A DNA stretch of 63,323 bases, the filler included, from an uncultured Acidimicrobiia bacterium (GTDB lineage: Bacteria; Actinomycetota; Acidimicrobiia; Spongiisociales; JAOTWH01): the NCBI GenBank assembly GCA_964347285.1. It is 3 parts of 3 records of this genome, joined end to end, with 100 filler letters (N's around TTAATTAATTAA, not from the genome) between each part and the next. Parts side by side here need not be neighbours in the genome. Positions count along the whole stretch, not along the records: positions 45,611 to 63,323 come from CAYFYE010000052.1; 2 more parts are not named here. One strand, given 5' to 3'. The notes beneath the pieces were generated by a model. That model did not search any database and was not told the DNA's origin. It saw only the letters and a program-made list of their open reading frames with translations. Below are positions 49,942 through 59,221 of the stretch, piece after piece. Position numbers and translations under genes: made by a program. Each line of letters begins with the position of its first letter. The stretch's first letter is position 1.

Positions 49942-50418
49942 ATGATCGGGCGCCGATCGTTCTTGGCCAGTGGGGGGCTGTGGGTGATCGCCCAGTTGGC
50001 GCTGTTCGCCGTGATCGTGGCCCTGGTGTTGTGGGGGCCCGGCCTGGGTGATCCGCCTGGGGCCGTACGGGCCGTCGGCGCCCTGGTGTTGGTATCGGGT
50101 CTCGCCGAATTGGGGGCCGGCTTGGCCTACCTGGGGCGCAACCTCACCCCGTACCCCGAACCCACCGAGGGCAGCACGCTGGTCGAGGCCGGCATCTACC
50201 GACTCGTCCGCCATCCCATCTACGGCGGGGTTGTTCTGACCTTTGCCGGACTGGGCCTGGCGGCAGGCGCCCTCGTCGCTGCGGCGGTGGCCTTGGCTCT
50301 GATCCCCTTCTTCCTGGCCAAGTCCGCCCACGAGGAGCGGCGCCTCTCGGCCCGCCATCCCGAGTATGAGGCCTACCGTCGCCGTGTTCCCAAGCGGCTC
50401 TTCCCCGGCTTGCTGTGA
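49942..50418 (+). CDS. Isoprenylcysteine carboxyl methyltransferase (PEMT/STE14) family protein
   Basis: GIYRLVRHPIY, EERRL and YEAYRRRV motifs. Confidence 0.88.
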   Translation: MIGRRSFLASGGLWVIAQLALFAVIVALVLWGPGLGDPPGAVRAVGALVLVSGLAELGAGLAYLGRNLTPYPEPTEGSTLVEAGIYRLVRHPIYGGVVLTFAGLGLAAGALVAAAVALALIPFFLAKSAHEERRLSARHPEYEAYRRRVPKRLFPGLL

Positions 50419-50424
50419 AAACGC

Positions 50425-50452
50425 GGAACTGATCGAGGGCCGACGGGTCCAA
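50425..50452 (+). promoter_or_regulatory. ECF promoter for mscL
   Basis: GGAACT-N16-GTCCAA, same spacing as the motif at 26901. Confidence 0.45.
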
Positions 50453-50481
50453 GTCGCACAAGCGCGAGGAGGAAGGAAGCC

Positions 50482-50868
50482 ATGCTCAAAGAGTTCAGGG
50501 AGTTCGCCTTCGGCGGAACCCTCGTGGAAACGGCCATAGCCCTGGTGCTGGCCCTCGCCTTCGCCACGTTGGTGGGCTCGTTCGTCGAGAACATCATCAC
50601 CCCGATCGTCGCCGCCATCTTCGGTCAGCCCGATTTCTCGCAGCTCACCATCGAAGTCGGCGACAGCGCCATCTTCTATGGGGCGTTTCTCAATGCGCTG
50701 ATCACGTTCACGGCCGTGGCCTTTGCGGTGTTCTTTTTCGTGGTCAAGCCGTACAACGCCTACAAGAAGCGCCGGGCCCAAGGCGCCGAGCCCGAGCCCG
50801 AGGCTCCGCCCACCGAGGACATCCAGCTGCTGAGGGAGATCCGCGACACCTTGACGGCTCGTACGTGA
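50482..50868 (+). CDS. mscL: Large-conductance mechanosensitive channel
   Basis: MLKEFREFA, two TMs, YGAFLNALI and LLREIRD motifs. Confidence 0.93.
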   Translation: MLKEFREFAFGGTLVETAIALVLALAFATLVGSFVENIITPIVAAIFGQPDFSQLTIEVGDSAIFYGAFLNALITFTAVAFAVFFFVVKPYNAYKKRRAQGAEPEPEAPPTEDIQLLREIRDTLTART

Positions 50869-50890
50869 CGGCGCCCGACCCGGGAACCCC

Positions 50891-50917
50891 GAGAGCCCTC
50901 CTCCACGGGGGGCTCTC
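50891..50917 (+). terminator. Hairpin after mscL
   Basis: GAGAGCCCTCC-TCCAC-GGGGGGCTCTC. Confidence 0.5.
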
Positions 50918-50967
50918 TCGCGAGGGAATAGAGAACCCTCGGCGCTGTTGTCTGCTTCGGAGGAACG

Positions 50968-51273
50968 ATGCCCAGAGCAGTGTGGAACGACCAGGTGATC
51001 GCCGAGAGCGACGACACCGTCATCGTCGAGGGCAACCACTACTTCCCGCCCGAGGCCGTCAACGAAGAGCTCCTGCAGCCCAGTGAGCACCACACGGTGT
51101 GCCCTTGGAAGGGAGTGGCCAGCTACTACGACGTGGTGGTGGACTGTGAGGTGAACGCGGCGGCAGCGTGGTACTACCCCGATCCCAGCCCGGCGGCCGA
51201 TGCGATCAAGGACCGCATCGCCTTCTGGAGGGGAGTGCGCGTGGAAGGCGGCTCCCTCTTCCGGCGACGCTGA
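50968..51273 (+). CDS. DUF427 domain protein
   Basis: VEGNHYFPP, CPWKGVASYY, AAWYYPDP and IAFW motifs. Confidence 0.92.
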   Translation: MPRAVWNDQVIAESDDTVIVEGNHYFPPEAVNEELLQPSEHHTVCPWKGVASYYDVVVDCEVNAAAAWYYPDPSPAADAIKDRIAFWRGVRVEGGSLFRRR

Positions 51274-51471
51274 GGTCCCCGGGGGCCGCCCGCTGGAATC
51301 AATGCACTGGTTGCTTTCCCCGCTCTTCGCAGCCGGCGGCCGATCGCAGATAGCGCGGGGCAGCCTCGTGGCCGGGGAGCTGAACGTGGCTCTGTTGAGT
51401 CACGAGGTGTGACCTCGATCGGCCGAGTCGGGCGTCGGCTTCGACGGACTGACGACTCCAGCGACTCGCCC

Positions 51472-52344
51472 TCAGAGAGCCGCCCAGCGATGAGGCCGAT
51501 CGCGCCAGCGACTCAGTCCCAGCTCGTCGCAGAGCTCCTCGAAGGGCTCTCGGTGGACACCGCTCCACGCCAGATCGCCCGCAGCTTCGGCGAGGGGAAC
51601 GTCCCGGCGGAGCTGGGCCAGGTACCGGAACAGCAGAACGTCACCGAGGCCCTCCCGGAGCGCGGCCGCCAGCCGGGACGGTCCTCGGACGGCTACTTGC
51701 CACCGATCGGGGTCCAGGGGTATGTGCTCGATGTGGCGGTAGTGGTCGAGCACCGCGGCCGCCGACTTGGCACCCCAACCCGGTAGGCCGGGAAAGCCGT
51801 CGGCGCTGTCGCCGACCAATGCCAGGTAGTCGGGGATCGACTCTGGGGCCACGCCGAACTTGGCCCGCACCGCCCCCTCGTCGACGAAGGCTCCCTTGCG
51901 CCGGTCGTAGGCCACCACCCGGTCGCCGACTACGCATTGGGCCAGGTCCTTGTCCGGACTCAACAGCACCACCTGCTCGAACTCTCCAACGTACTTATGG
52001 GCGGCGGTGGCCAGCGCGTCGTCGGCCTCGTAGTAGACCATCGGCCACACGGTGACGCCGAGGGCGTCGAGGGCCCGTTCCGCCAGGGGGAATTGGCACA
52101 ACAGCTCATGCGGGACGCCGGCCTCCGTCTTGTACCCCGAGTAAAGCTGGTTGCGGAAGGACTCGATCACGGTGTCGAAGGCCGCCGCCACGTGCGTTAC
52201 CCCTGGTTCTTGGAGCAGGTTCAGGGTGCTGGCGATGATGCCCGCTACCGCCCCGACCGGTCGGCCGTCGGGGGCGGGCCGCTCCGGCGCTCCGAAGTGG
52301 GCGCGAAAGAGCTCGTAGGTCCCGTCGAGCAAATGGAGGCGCAC
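51472..52344 (-). CDS. Stand-alone 5'-3' exonuclease / flap endonuclease
   Basis: LLDGT, YEADDALA, SPDKDLAQ and ALVGDSADGFPGLPGWG motifs. Confidence 0.92.
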   Translation of the reverse strand: MRLHLLDGTYELFRAHFGAPERPAPDGRPVGAVAGIIASTLNLLQEPGVTHVAAAFDTVIESFRNQLYSGYKTEAGVPHELLCQFPLAERALDALGVTVWPMVYYEADDALATAAHKYVGEFEQVVLLSPDKDLAQCVVGDRVVAYDRRKGAFVDEGAVRAKFGVAPESIPDYLALVGDSADGFPGLPGWGAKSAAAVLDHYRHIEHIPLDPDRWQVAVRGPSRLAAALREGLGDVLLFRYLAQLRRDVPLAEAAGDLAWSGVHREPFEELCDELGLSRWRDRPHRWAAL

Positions 52345-52386
52345 GGCGACGATGGTACCGGCGAACTCCCGGAGTCTCGGGGGGAC

Positions 52387-52854
52387 CTACTCGTCGACGC
52401 GGCGGCGGGTGAGCGCGATGGCGTAGGCCAGGCTGAAGCCGAAGAACAGCAGCGAGCCGGGATTCGACAGCATGTGGCTCGATACGAACCCTCGCTGGAA
52501 CTCGCTCGGGAGGAAAAGCGGTAACGAACCGTAGCCCTCCTTGGCCAGTTCGATCAGCACGAGGCGTCGAAACAGGAAGTACTCCGTGACGAGGATGGCC
52601 GCCAGGGTGATGGTCACCCCGGCGGCCTGGAGCAGCACCGAGCCCCGCCGGCCGCTGCCGTGGTAGAGGGCGAACCCTGCGGCCGGACCTACTGCAATGG
52701 CGGCCACGCTGCCCCGTTCGGCGAAGAGCGCCTCGGACCCAAACCACAGCGTTGCCGCGGAGCCGGCGGCCACCGCGCCCATCACAGCGGCCCTGGCCCA
52801 GATGAAGGCGTTGCCGTATGAGGCGGAGGTCTTCTCCGCAGTCGTCTCGTACAT
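52387..52854 (-). CDS. Hypothetical membrane protein
   Basis: About four hydrophobic segments; fills the gap between called genes. Confidence 0.65.
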   Translation of the reverse strand: MYETTAEKTSASYGNAFIWARAAVMGAVAAGSAATLWFGSEALFAERGSVAAIAVGPAAGFALYHGSGRRGSVLLQAAGVTITLAAILVTEYFLFRRLVLIELAKEGYGSLPLFLPSEFQRGFVSSHMLSNPGSLLFFGFSLAYAIALTRRRVDE

Positions 52855-52952
52855 GCGCGGTCCAACGCGAGGCTTGATCTCTCCATCGGCGGGCGGCCCC
52901 GTTCTCTTGATGAAAGCCGGCTCGATAATGGCCCGCCAGCACTAGCTTCTTC

Positions 52953-53783
52953 GTGGTGCAGACCGACGAGGGATTCTTCGGCCCCGACAGCGTGGTGTGG
53001 AGGGTCAACCGTGAGACCACCGTGCTGTTCGGCGGTGCCCGCGCCCTGCTCATGCATGCCGCCCATCCTCTGGTGGCGGCGGGAGCCCGCCAAACCGGCG
53101 GCTACCGCCGTGATCCGTGGACCCGCCTCCTTCGTACCGTTCAGCTACAAAACCTGGTCACCTTCGGGTCGAGGTCCGAGGCCCGAGAAGCCGCCGATCG
53201 CATCAACAAGCTGCACCGGGTCATCAACGGGACCGATCCGGTGACGGGCCGCTACTACGACGCCCTCGACCCGGAGTTGCTCCTGTGGGTGCATGCCGCC
53301 CTCGAGGTGAGCACGCTGCTCTTCTACGAGCTCGCGGTCGAGCCCCTGAGCGCAGCCGACAAGGACCGCTACCACGTCGAGAACAAAACCGCCGCCGAGC
53401 TGCTCCTGCTGGAACCGGGCCTGGTACCCGCCACGTACCGCGACCTCGAGGCCTACGTCGACGAGATGATCGGCGGCAAAGACCTCTTGGCCACCGACGT
53501 GTCCGATGAGGTCGCCCACCTGATCGGCACCGGAGGGGCAGTACCGGCCCGTATCAAGCCGCTGTGGCTGTTCATCGCCTTTGCCGCGGTCGGCACCCTC
53601 GATCCGAGACTACGGGCCCTGTACGGGCTGAGCTGGAGTGACGGCCGCCAAAGGTGGTTGGACTGGAACCTGGCCCTGATCAAGCGGTTCCGGCCACTCT
53701 TGCCCTACCGCTTCCGCATCATCCTCCCCGCTCGGTGGGCGGAGCTGCGGCTGGCCGATGCCGTTCCCCACGGAGTGAGATGA
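52953..53783 (+). CDS. MpaB/DUF2236 oxygenase family protein
   Basis: FGPDSVVWRV, RALLMHAAHPLVAAG and YDALDPELLLWVHA motifs. Confidence 0.88.
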   Translation: MVQTDEGFFGPDSVVWRVNRETTVLFGGARALLMHAAHPLVAAGARQTGGYRRDPWTRLLRTVQLQNLVTFGSRSEAREAADRINKLHRVINGTDPVTGRYYDALDPELLLWVHAALEVSTLLFYELAVEPLSAADKDRYHVENKTAAELLLLEPGLVPATYRDLEAYVDEMIGGKDLLATDVSDEVAHLIGTGGAVPARIKPLWLFIAFAAVGTLDPRLRALYGLSWSDGRQRWLDWNLALIKRFRPLLPYRFRIILPARWAELRLADAVPHGVR

Positions 53784-53820
53784 TGGATGTCGAGGGCCCG
53801 TCCCAGCATCTCGGCCCGGC

Positions 53821-55266
53821 ATGACCCCCCCGTACGATGCAGTGGTGGTCGGCTCAGGGCCCAACGGCCTGTCCGCCGCCATCGAGATCGCCCGGTCGGG
53901 GCGCTCGGTGGTGGTCCTCGAAGCCGCGGATGAGATCGGGGGAAGCACCAGGACTCGAGAGCTCACGCTGCCCGGTTTCCTCCATGATGTCTGCTCCGCA
54001 ATCCACCCTGCCGGGGTCAGCTCGCCCTTCTTCAGAGAGTTGCCGCTCGAGGAGCACGGCTTGGAGTGGATCCAGCCGCAGCTGCCCCTGGCCCACCCCC
54101 TCGACGGGGGCAGAGTGGCGCTGCTGCACCGCTCAGTCGAGCAGACCGCCGCCGAACTCGGAGTCGACGGCCCCGCTTACCGCCGGCTCATGAGCCACTC
54201 GGCCGAGCGATGGAGAGACCTGGCCGAGTACGCCCTCGGTCCTCTTCTTCGGGTCCCCCGCCATCCCGTCACCGTGGCCCGCTTCGGCCGTTGGGCCATG
54301 TTGTCGGCACGCCGCCTCGTCGCCCGGTTCCAGACCCAAGAGGCCCGTGCCCTCCTGGCCGGTCTGGCAGCCCACTCCATAGCCCCGCTGGAACAGCCGT
54401 TCACGGCAGCGATCGGGCTCGGCCTGGCCGCCGCCGGGCACGCCGTCGGCTGGCCGGCCGCCGTACGTGGCTCGCAGGCCATAACGGCTGCCCTCGGGTC
54501 CTACCTGGAGAGCCTGGGCGGCGAGATCCGCACTGGATCTCCGGTGACCGCGATCGACGAGCTTCCCCCGGCGCCGGCCGTGCTCCTATCGGTGACTCCG
54601 GCCCAGTTCCTCACCATGGCCGGAGGTCGGCTCCCCGCTCGGTATCGACGGCGCCTGGAGCGATATCGGTACGGTCCGGCGGTGTTCAAGGTGGATTGGG
54701 CCCTCGATGCCCCGATCCCTTGGACGGCCCCCGAGTGCTCGGGGGCCGGCACCGTGCACGTGGGTGGCAGCTTCGAAGAGATCGCGGCAGCCGAGCGGCG
54801 CGCCTGGGAAGGGGAGCTTCCGGATCGGCCCTTCGTCATCCTGGCCCAGCACTCGGTGTTCGACCCGTCGCGCGCTCCGGCCGGGCGACACACTGCCTGG
54901 GGGTATTGCCATGTGCCCAACGGTTCGAACCCGGACATGACCGAGGACGTCGAGGCCCAGATCGAACGCTTCGCCCCGGGATTCAAGGACCTGATTTTGG
55001 GCCGCCACACCATGGGGCCGGCCCAAATGGAACTGTTCAACCCCAACCACGTCGGGGGGGACATCTCTGGAGGGGCCCTCACCATGCGCCAGCTGCTGTT
55101 TCGACCCGCCGCCCGACTCGATCCGTACCGCACCCCCCTCCCCGGGGTGTACCTATGCGGATCCTCCACGCCGCCGGGCGCCGGGGTGCATGGAATGTGC
55201 GGCTATCGCGCCGCCCGGTCGGCCCTTGGCCGCGAGCTGTCCGGGGTCGGTCCCCGCCCCCGATAG
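53821..55266 (+). CDS. Phytoene-desaturase-like FAD oxidoreductase
   Basis: VGSGPNGLSAA, HDVCSAIHP and STPPGAGVHGMCG motifs. Confidence 0.9.
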   Translation: MTPPYDAVVVGSGPNGLSAAIEIARSGRSVVVLEAADEIGGSTRTRELTLPGFLHDVCSAIHPAGVSSPFFRELPLEEHGLEWIQPQLPLAHPLDGGRVALLHRSVEQTAAELGVDGPAYRRLMSHSAERWRDLAEYALGPLLRVPRHPVTVARFGRWAMLSARRLVARFQTQEARALLAGLAAHSIAPLEQPFTAAIGLGLAAAGHAVGWPAAVRGSQAITAALGSYLESLGGEIRTGSPVTAIDELPPAPAVLLSVTPAQFLTMAGGRLPARYRRRLERYRYGPAVFKVDWALDAPIPWTAPECSGAGTVHVGGSFEEIAAAERRAWEGELPDRPFVILAQHSVFDPSRAPAGRHTAWGYCHVPNGSNPDMTEDVEAQIERFAPGFKDLILGRHTMGPAQMELFNPNHVGGDISGGALTMRQLLFRPAARLDPYRTPLPGVYLCGSSTPPGAGVHGMCGYRAARSALGRELSGVGPRPR

Positions 55267-55283
55267 GGGACTTTCGGCCCTAG
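55264..55283. promoter_or_regulatory. DosR/DevR-like box
   Basis: TAGGGGACTTTCGGCCCTAG resembles TTSGGGACTWWAGTCCCSAA (GGGAC...GxCCC core). Confidence 0.5.
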
Positions 55284-55359
55284 TGCGGTTGGCGCTCCTC
55301 CCGGGCCGGGAAATGCGGATTCCGCCGCAAATGCCGATGGCCGGCTTGAGGGGCGCGAC

Positions 55360-55770
55360 GTGTCTACCGGCGCAACCGAGCTCCAGGTCCTCGAGCGCAA
55401 GCTCGACCTCCTCGCCGGTGAAGTCCGGGCTCTAACCGACAACGCTCGGTCCGACACCCGGCGGCGCGAGTCCTGGGAGGAGCTGCGAGCCGACCTCGCC
55501 CGGCTCGCCGTCGAAGCCTGTCCCCGCATTGCCGAGCGCCTGGAGGACTCCGACATCGATGCCGCCCGGCCGGTCGGTGTCTCCCACCTCTTGGTCATAT
55601 GCAACGCGCTCGAGCGCCTTGAGTGCAACCGACCTCGTCGGCGGATGCCGAAGGGGCGCAGCGGCGGGAAGTGTCGGCTCGGTACGGGGCCACTACGAGC
55701 TGCCGGTGGCCGAGCCGGTGATCACGCCGCGGCCATCGACATCCGCGCCCCGGGAGAAACCGTCACATAG
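55360..55770 (+). pseudogene. Possible remnant of a DUF1641-like helical protein
   Basis: Coiled-coil N-terminus (LERKLDLLAGEVRAL...RRRESWEELRADL) decays into non-protein-like sequence; assignment from memory of the family only. Confidence 0.3.
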
Positions 55771-55831
55771 ACCGAGTCCCTCCGTTTGATCCGCGTCGAA
55801 GGACCGCCCCACGGAGCGCGGAACAGCAGCC

Positions 55832-56425
55832 TCACAGCTCCTGACGCCCCACCAGGGCCCGACCCAGCGTCAGCTCGTCGGCGTAGTCGAGGTCGCCGCC
55901 GACGGGGAGGCCGCTGGCCAGCCGGGTCACCTTGACTCCCAGCGGCTTGAGAAGTCGAGCCAGGTAGAGAGCGGTGGCATCTCCCTCGACCGTCGGATTG
56001 GTGGCGGCGATGACCTCCTTGATGCCTTCGGTCTCGACCCGCTCGACCAGCTGTTTTGTATGAAGCTGATCGGGCCCGATGCCCTCGATAGGGGATATGG
56101 CACCGCCCAGAACGTGATAGCGACCCCGAAACTCCTGCGTCCTCTCTACCACGACGATGTCCTGGGCACGCTCAACGACGCACACCTCGGTCGTATCCCG
56201 GCGCAGATCCGTGCAGATGGAGCATTCCTCCTCACCGGTGACGTTGAAGCAGCGACGGCACAGCCTCACCCGGCGCCGGAGATCCTCGATTGCCTCCGAC
56301 AAGGCCAGGGCATCGGCTTCTTCCACATGGAGGAGGTGAAAGGCGAGCCGCTGCGCCGATTTGGGCCCGATACCCGGCAAGCGCGCCAGCTCGTCGATCA
56401 ACCGTTGTATGGGTGGCTCGAACAT
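55832..56425 (-). CDS. recR: Recombination mediator RecR
   Basis: [14 protein letters not shown]4 zinc finger, [15 protein letters not shown] motif. Confidence 0.97.
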   Translation of the reverse strand: MFEPPIQRLIDELARLPGIGPKSAQRLAFHLLHVEEADALALSEAIEDLRRRVRLCRRCFNVTGEEECSICTDLRRDTTEVCVVERAQDIVVVERTQEFRGRYHVLGGAISPIEGIGPDQLHTKQLVERVETEGIKEVIAATNPTVEGDATALYLARLLKPLGVKVTRLASGLPVGGDLDYADELTLGRALVGRQEL

Positions 56426-56766
56426 CAGCCGATGAGGCCGTCGAGACCGTCGGCATCCAGCCCCATGCCGCCCCCCACGGCTTCCACCATGGCCTGCTGC
56501 GCCGACTCCAGGGCCTGGTTGACGGCTGCCACCACCAGGTCGCCGACCAGCTCAGGATCGTCGGGATCGAGAATGGAGGGATCGAATTCGACCGCCACCA
56601 CCGTGCCTTCGCCGCTCACCGTTGCCTTGACCACGCCGCCGCCGGACGTAGCCTCGAAGGTTTGACCGGCGACCTCCTGCTGCGCTCTCTTCACCTGGGC
56701 CTGCATCTCCTGGGCCCGCTGCATCAGCTTGCGCATGTCGGGTTGTCCGGGGCTTCCTTTGGCCAT
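56425..56766 (-). CDS. ybaB: YbaB/EbfC nucleoid-associated protein
   Basis: [12 protein letters not shown] and [11 protein letters not shown] motifs; sits between dnaX and recR. Confidence 0.95.
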   Translation of the reverse strand: MAKGSPGQPDMRKLMQRAQEMQAQVKRAQQEVAGQTFEATSGGGVVKATVSGEGTVVAVEFDPSILDPDDPELVGDLVVAAVNQALESAQQAMVEAVGGGMGLDADGLDGLIG

Positions 56767-56828
56767 GGAGGAAGGGTAGAGGAGAGAACGGACGACGGAT
56801 GGTGACTAGTCGGGAGGCGCTGTCCGAC

Positions 56829-58547
56829 TCATTCCTCGCTCACCACCTGGCCGCCGAGGTGTTCGACGACCAGCTCGGTGGGATCCACTCCGCCCTCGCC
56901 TTCTTCGAGAAGCTGGTCGGCATCCGGTGCCTTGCTTTCGACCTGCTCCAGAGCCGGTTCTTCTGAGGCGGCGGCCTCGCTTTCCCGATACTCGATCACT
57001 ATTGCGCCACCGAAGAGCTCCGCGCCGATGGACTCTGCGGTGGTCTTGAGTAGGTCGTCCTGGCGAAGCTGCTCGAGATGAAAAGGGAGGTGATTGGGAA
57101 CGCCCAGCACGATCCTCGATCCGTCGACCTCCACGGGAGCCGCCTCTCGAAAGAGAGCGTGGCGTCGGGGCCCCGACTCCTCACGCAGCCTGGCCACGAG
57201 CGCCGGCCACGACGCTTCGACCGTGTCGAGTTCGAGGTCCTCGGCCGGAGCCATTGCCGCCTCATCGGCCTGCTCGGATTCGGCTGTTGGTCGGGGGATG
57301 GCCCGTGCCTCCTCCACCGGAGGGACCTCGTCCGCAGTTCGACTTCTGGGAGCCGTTTCAGCCTGGACGGGGGCCGGCTCCGATTTGGCCGCTCGCCTCA
57401 CCCTCTCCTCCATCCGCTCCAGTCGAGCAGCCAGTGAAGCGGGGTCCACTGCGGTCTCCGGGCGGGCCAGGCGCAGCAACGCCAGCTCGACCACCAGCCG
57501 CTCCTCCTTGCCCTCCCGAAGCTGGACCAGTGCCTCGGAGAGCTGGTCGATTGCCCGCAATACGTCGGTCGAGGAAAGCTCCCGGGCGTGATGCCTCCAT
57601 TCGTCGACGATCTCCTTGTTTTCGTCGACGATCTCTTCGAGGTTGGGAGCGTACTGGGCGAGGAACACTCCCCGAAAGAACTCCAGGGCCTCGGCCACGA
57701 ATCGGCGCAGGTCGGCTCCTTGCGAAGAGAGCGTGCCTACCAGCGTCAGCGCCGCCGGAGCATCGCCCTCGGCGATCGCCCCCACCAGGCGGCCGAACAC
57801 TTCCCGGTCGGCCAAGCCCAGAGCCTTGGTGACCATGGCCGGCTCCACCGCCCCGCCTCCCAGCGCCGCAACTTGCTCGAGAAGGCTCAGCGCGTCCCGC
57901 ACCGATCCCGTCGCATGATGGGCGATGAGGGTCACCGCCTCCGGTTCCATGGCGAACTCTTCCCGCCCCCCGACCTGCTCGATGTGGGTCTTGAGCAGAT
58001 CGGTGGGCACCGGGTGGAAGTCGAAGCGCTGGGCCCGGCTCCGAATGGTGTCGAGCAGCTTATAGGGCTCGGTGGTCGCCAGTACGAAGTGCACGTGGTC
58101 GGGGGGTTCTTCCAAGATCTTGAGCAGGGCATTGGATGCGGCCCGAGACAGCATGTGAGCCTCGTCGAGGATGTACACCCGCTTCGCCCCGCCCACCGAA
58201 GCCACCGTTCCGGCGTTGACTCTCATCTCACGCACGTCCTCCACCTTGTTGTGAGAGGCCGCGTCCAGCTCGATGACATCGAGCGAGGTTGCGTCGGTGA
58301 TGGCCCCACAGGAGAGGCACTGATTGCACGGTTCTCCGCCCTCCCGGAGATCTGCGCAGTTGAGAGATTTGGCGAGGATGCGGGCGGTGGTGGTCTTCCC
58401 GGTCCCCCTCGGTCCGGCAAACAGGTAGGCATGGGCCACCTTTCCGGCCGACACCTCGCTGGCCAAGGTCGACGTGACGTGGTCCTGGCCCACGATCTCG
58501 GCAAAGGTCTGCGGCCGGTACTTCCGATAGAGGGCCTGGTAGATCAC
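56829..58547 (-). CDS. dnaX: DNA polymerase III gamma/tau
   Basis: YQALYRKYRPQTF, GPRGTGKTT, CNQC, ELDAAS and DEAHML motifs; leaderless GTG. Confidence 0.97.
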   Translation of the reverse strand: MIYQALYRKYRPQTFAEIVGQDHVTSTLASEVSAGKVAHAYLFAGPRGTGKTTTARILAKSLNCADLREGGEPCNQCLSCGAITDATSLDVIELDAASHNKVEDVREMRVNAGTVASVGGAKRVYILDEAHMLSRAASNALLKILEEPPDHVHFVLATTEPYKLLDTIRSRAQRFDFHPVPTDLLKTHIEQVGGREEFAMEPEAVTLIAHHATGSVRDALSLLEQVAALGGGAVEPAMVTKALGLADREVFGRLVGAIAEGDAPAALTLVGTLSSQGADLRRFVAEALEFFRGVFLAQYAPNLEEIVDENKEIVDEWRHHARELSSTDVLRAIDQLSEALVQLREGKEERLVVELALLRLARPETAVDPASLAARLERMEERVRRAAKSEPAPVQAETAPRSRTADEVPPVEEARAIPRPTAESEQADEAAMAPAEDLELDTVEASWPALVARLREESGPRRHALFREAAPVEVDGSRIVLGVPNHLPFHLEQLRQDDLLKTTAESIGAELFGGAIVIEYRESEAAASEEPALEQVESKAPDADQLLEEGEGGVDPTELVVEHLGGQVVSEE

Positions 58548-58617
58548 GAGTGGAGATGGTACCGGGGGCAGGCAACCGTCGCGCGGGCCGGAGCGCGGAG
58601 GGACTACCTTCGTCCCC

Positions 58618-59172
58618 ATGCGACTCGGCATAGATCTCGACGGAGTGGTGGCCGACTTCACGAGCGGCTGGATCACCCGGTACAACCAACAGTTCGGTAC
58701 CACCATCCCGGTTGAAGCGGTGACCGTCTGGGACGGCCTGCATGAGCTCACCCACTTCCCCGACATGGAGGCGTTCTGGGACTGGGCCAAGGGCCATGGA
58801 GGAGGGAGCCTCTTTCGCCACCTTGACACCTTCGATGGGGCGATCGAGGCCCTCGAACGGCTGCAGCGGGAACACGACGTGGTGATCCTCACGACCAAGC
58901 CGGACTGGGCCGTTCACGACACTTTCGCCTGGCTCGCCGAGAAACGCATCCCCACGAAGGAGGTGCACATCCTCCACCGCAAGTGGCGAGTGCCTTGCGA
59001 CGTCTACCTCGACGACGCCCCCCACCAGATTTCTGCCATCCACGAGCACCGCCCTGAGGCTGCCGTGTGTCGCTTCGTGAGGCCCTGGAATGGGCCGATT
59101 TCCGGCGTCCATGATGTCCACAATTGGGGCCAGTTCCTCTCCCTCGTGGGTCGTTTGTCAGGAACTGGTTAG
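58618..59172 (+). CDS. HAD 5'(3')-deoxyribonucleotidase (NT5C) family
   Basis: IDLDGVVADF, YLDD and RPWN motifs. Confidence 0.88.
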   Translation: MRLGIDLDGVVADFTSGWITRYNQQFGTTIPVEAVTVWDGLHELTHFPDMEAFWDWAKGHGGGSLFRHLDTFDGAIEALERLQREHDVVILTTKPDWAVHDTFAWLAEKRIPTKEVHILHRKWRVPCDVYLDDAPHQISAIHEHRPEAAVCRFVRPWNGPISGVHDVHNWGQFLSLVGRLSGTG

Positions 59173-59221
59173 CGGTCGGCGTGAGTAGCCTGGTGGATGG
59201 CGGAGAGGAGGAACACTCTTT

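Noticed and set aside
58548..58617. SRP RNA (ffs), often found upstream of dnaX
   Set aside because: The 70-nt gap holds two leaderless -10 elements and no SRP domain IV motif.
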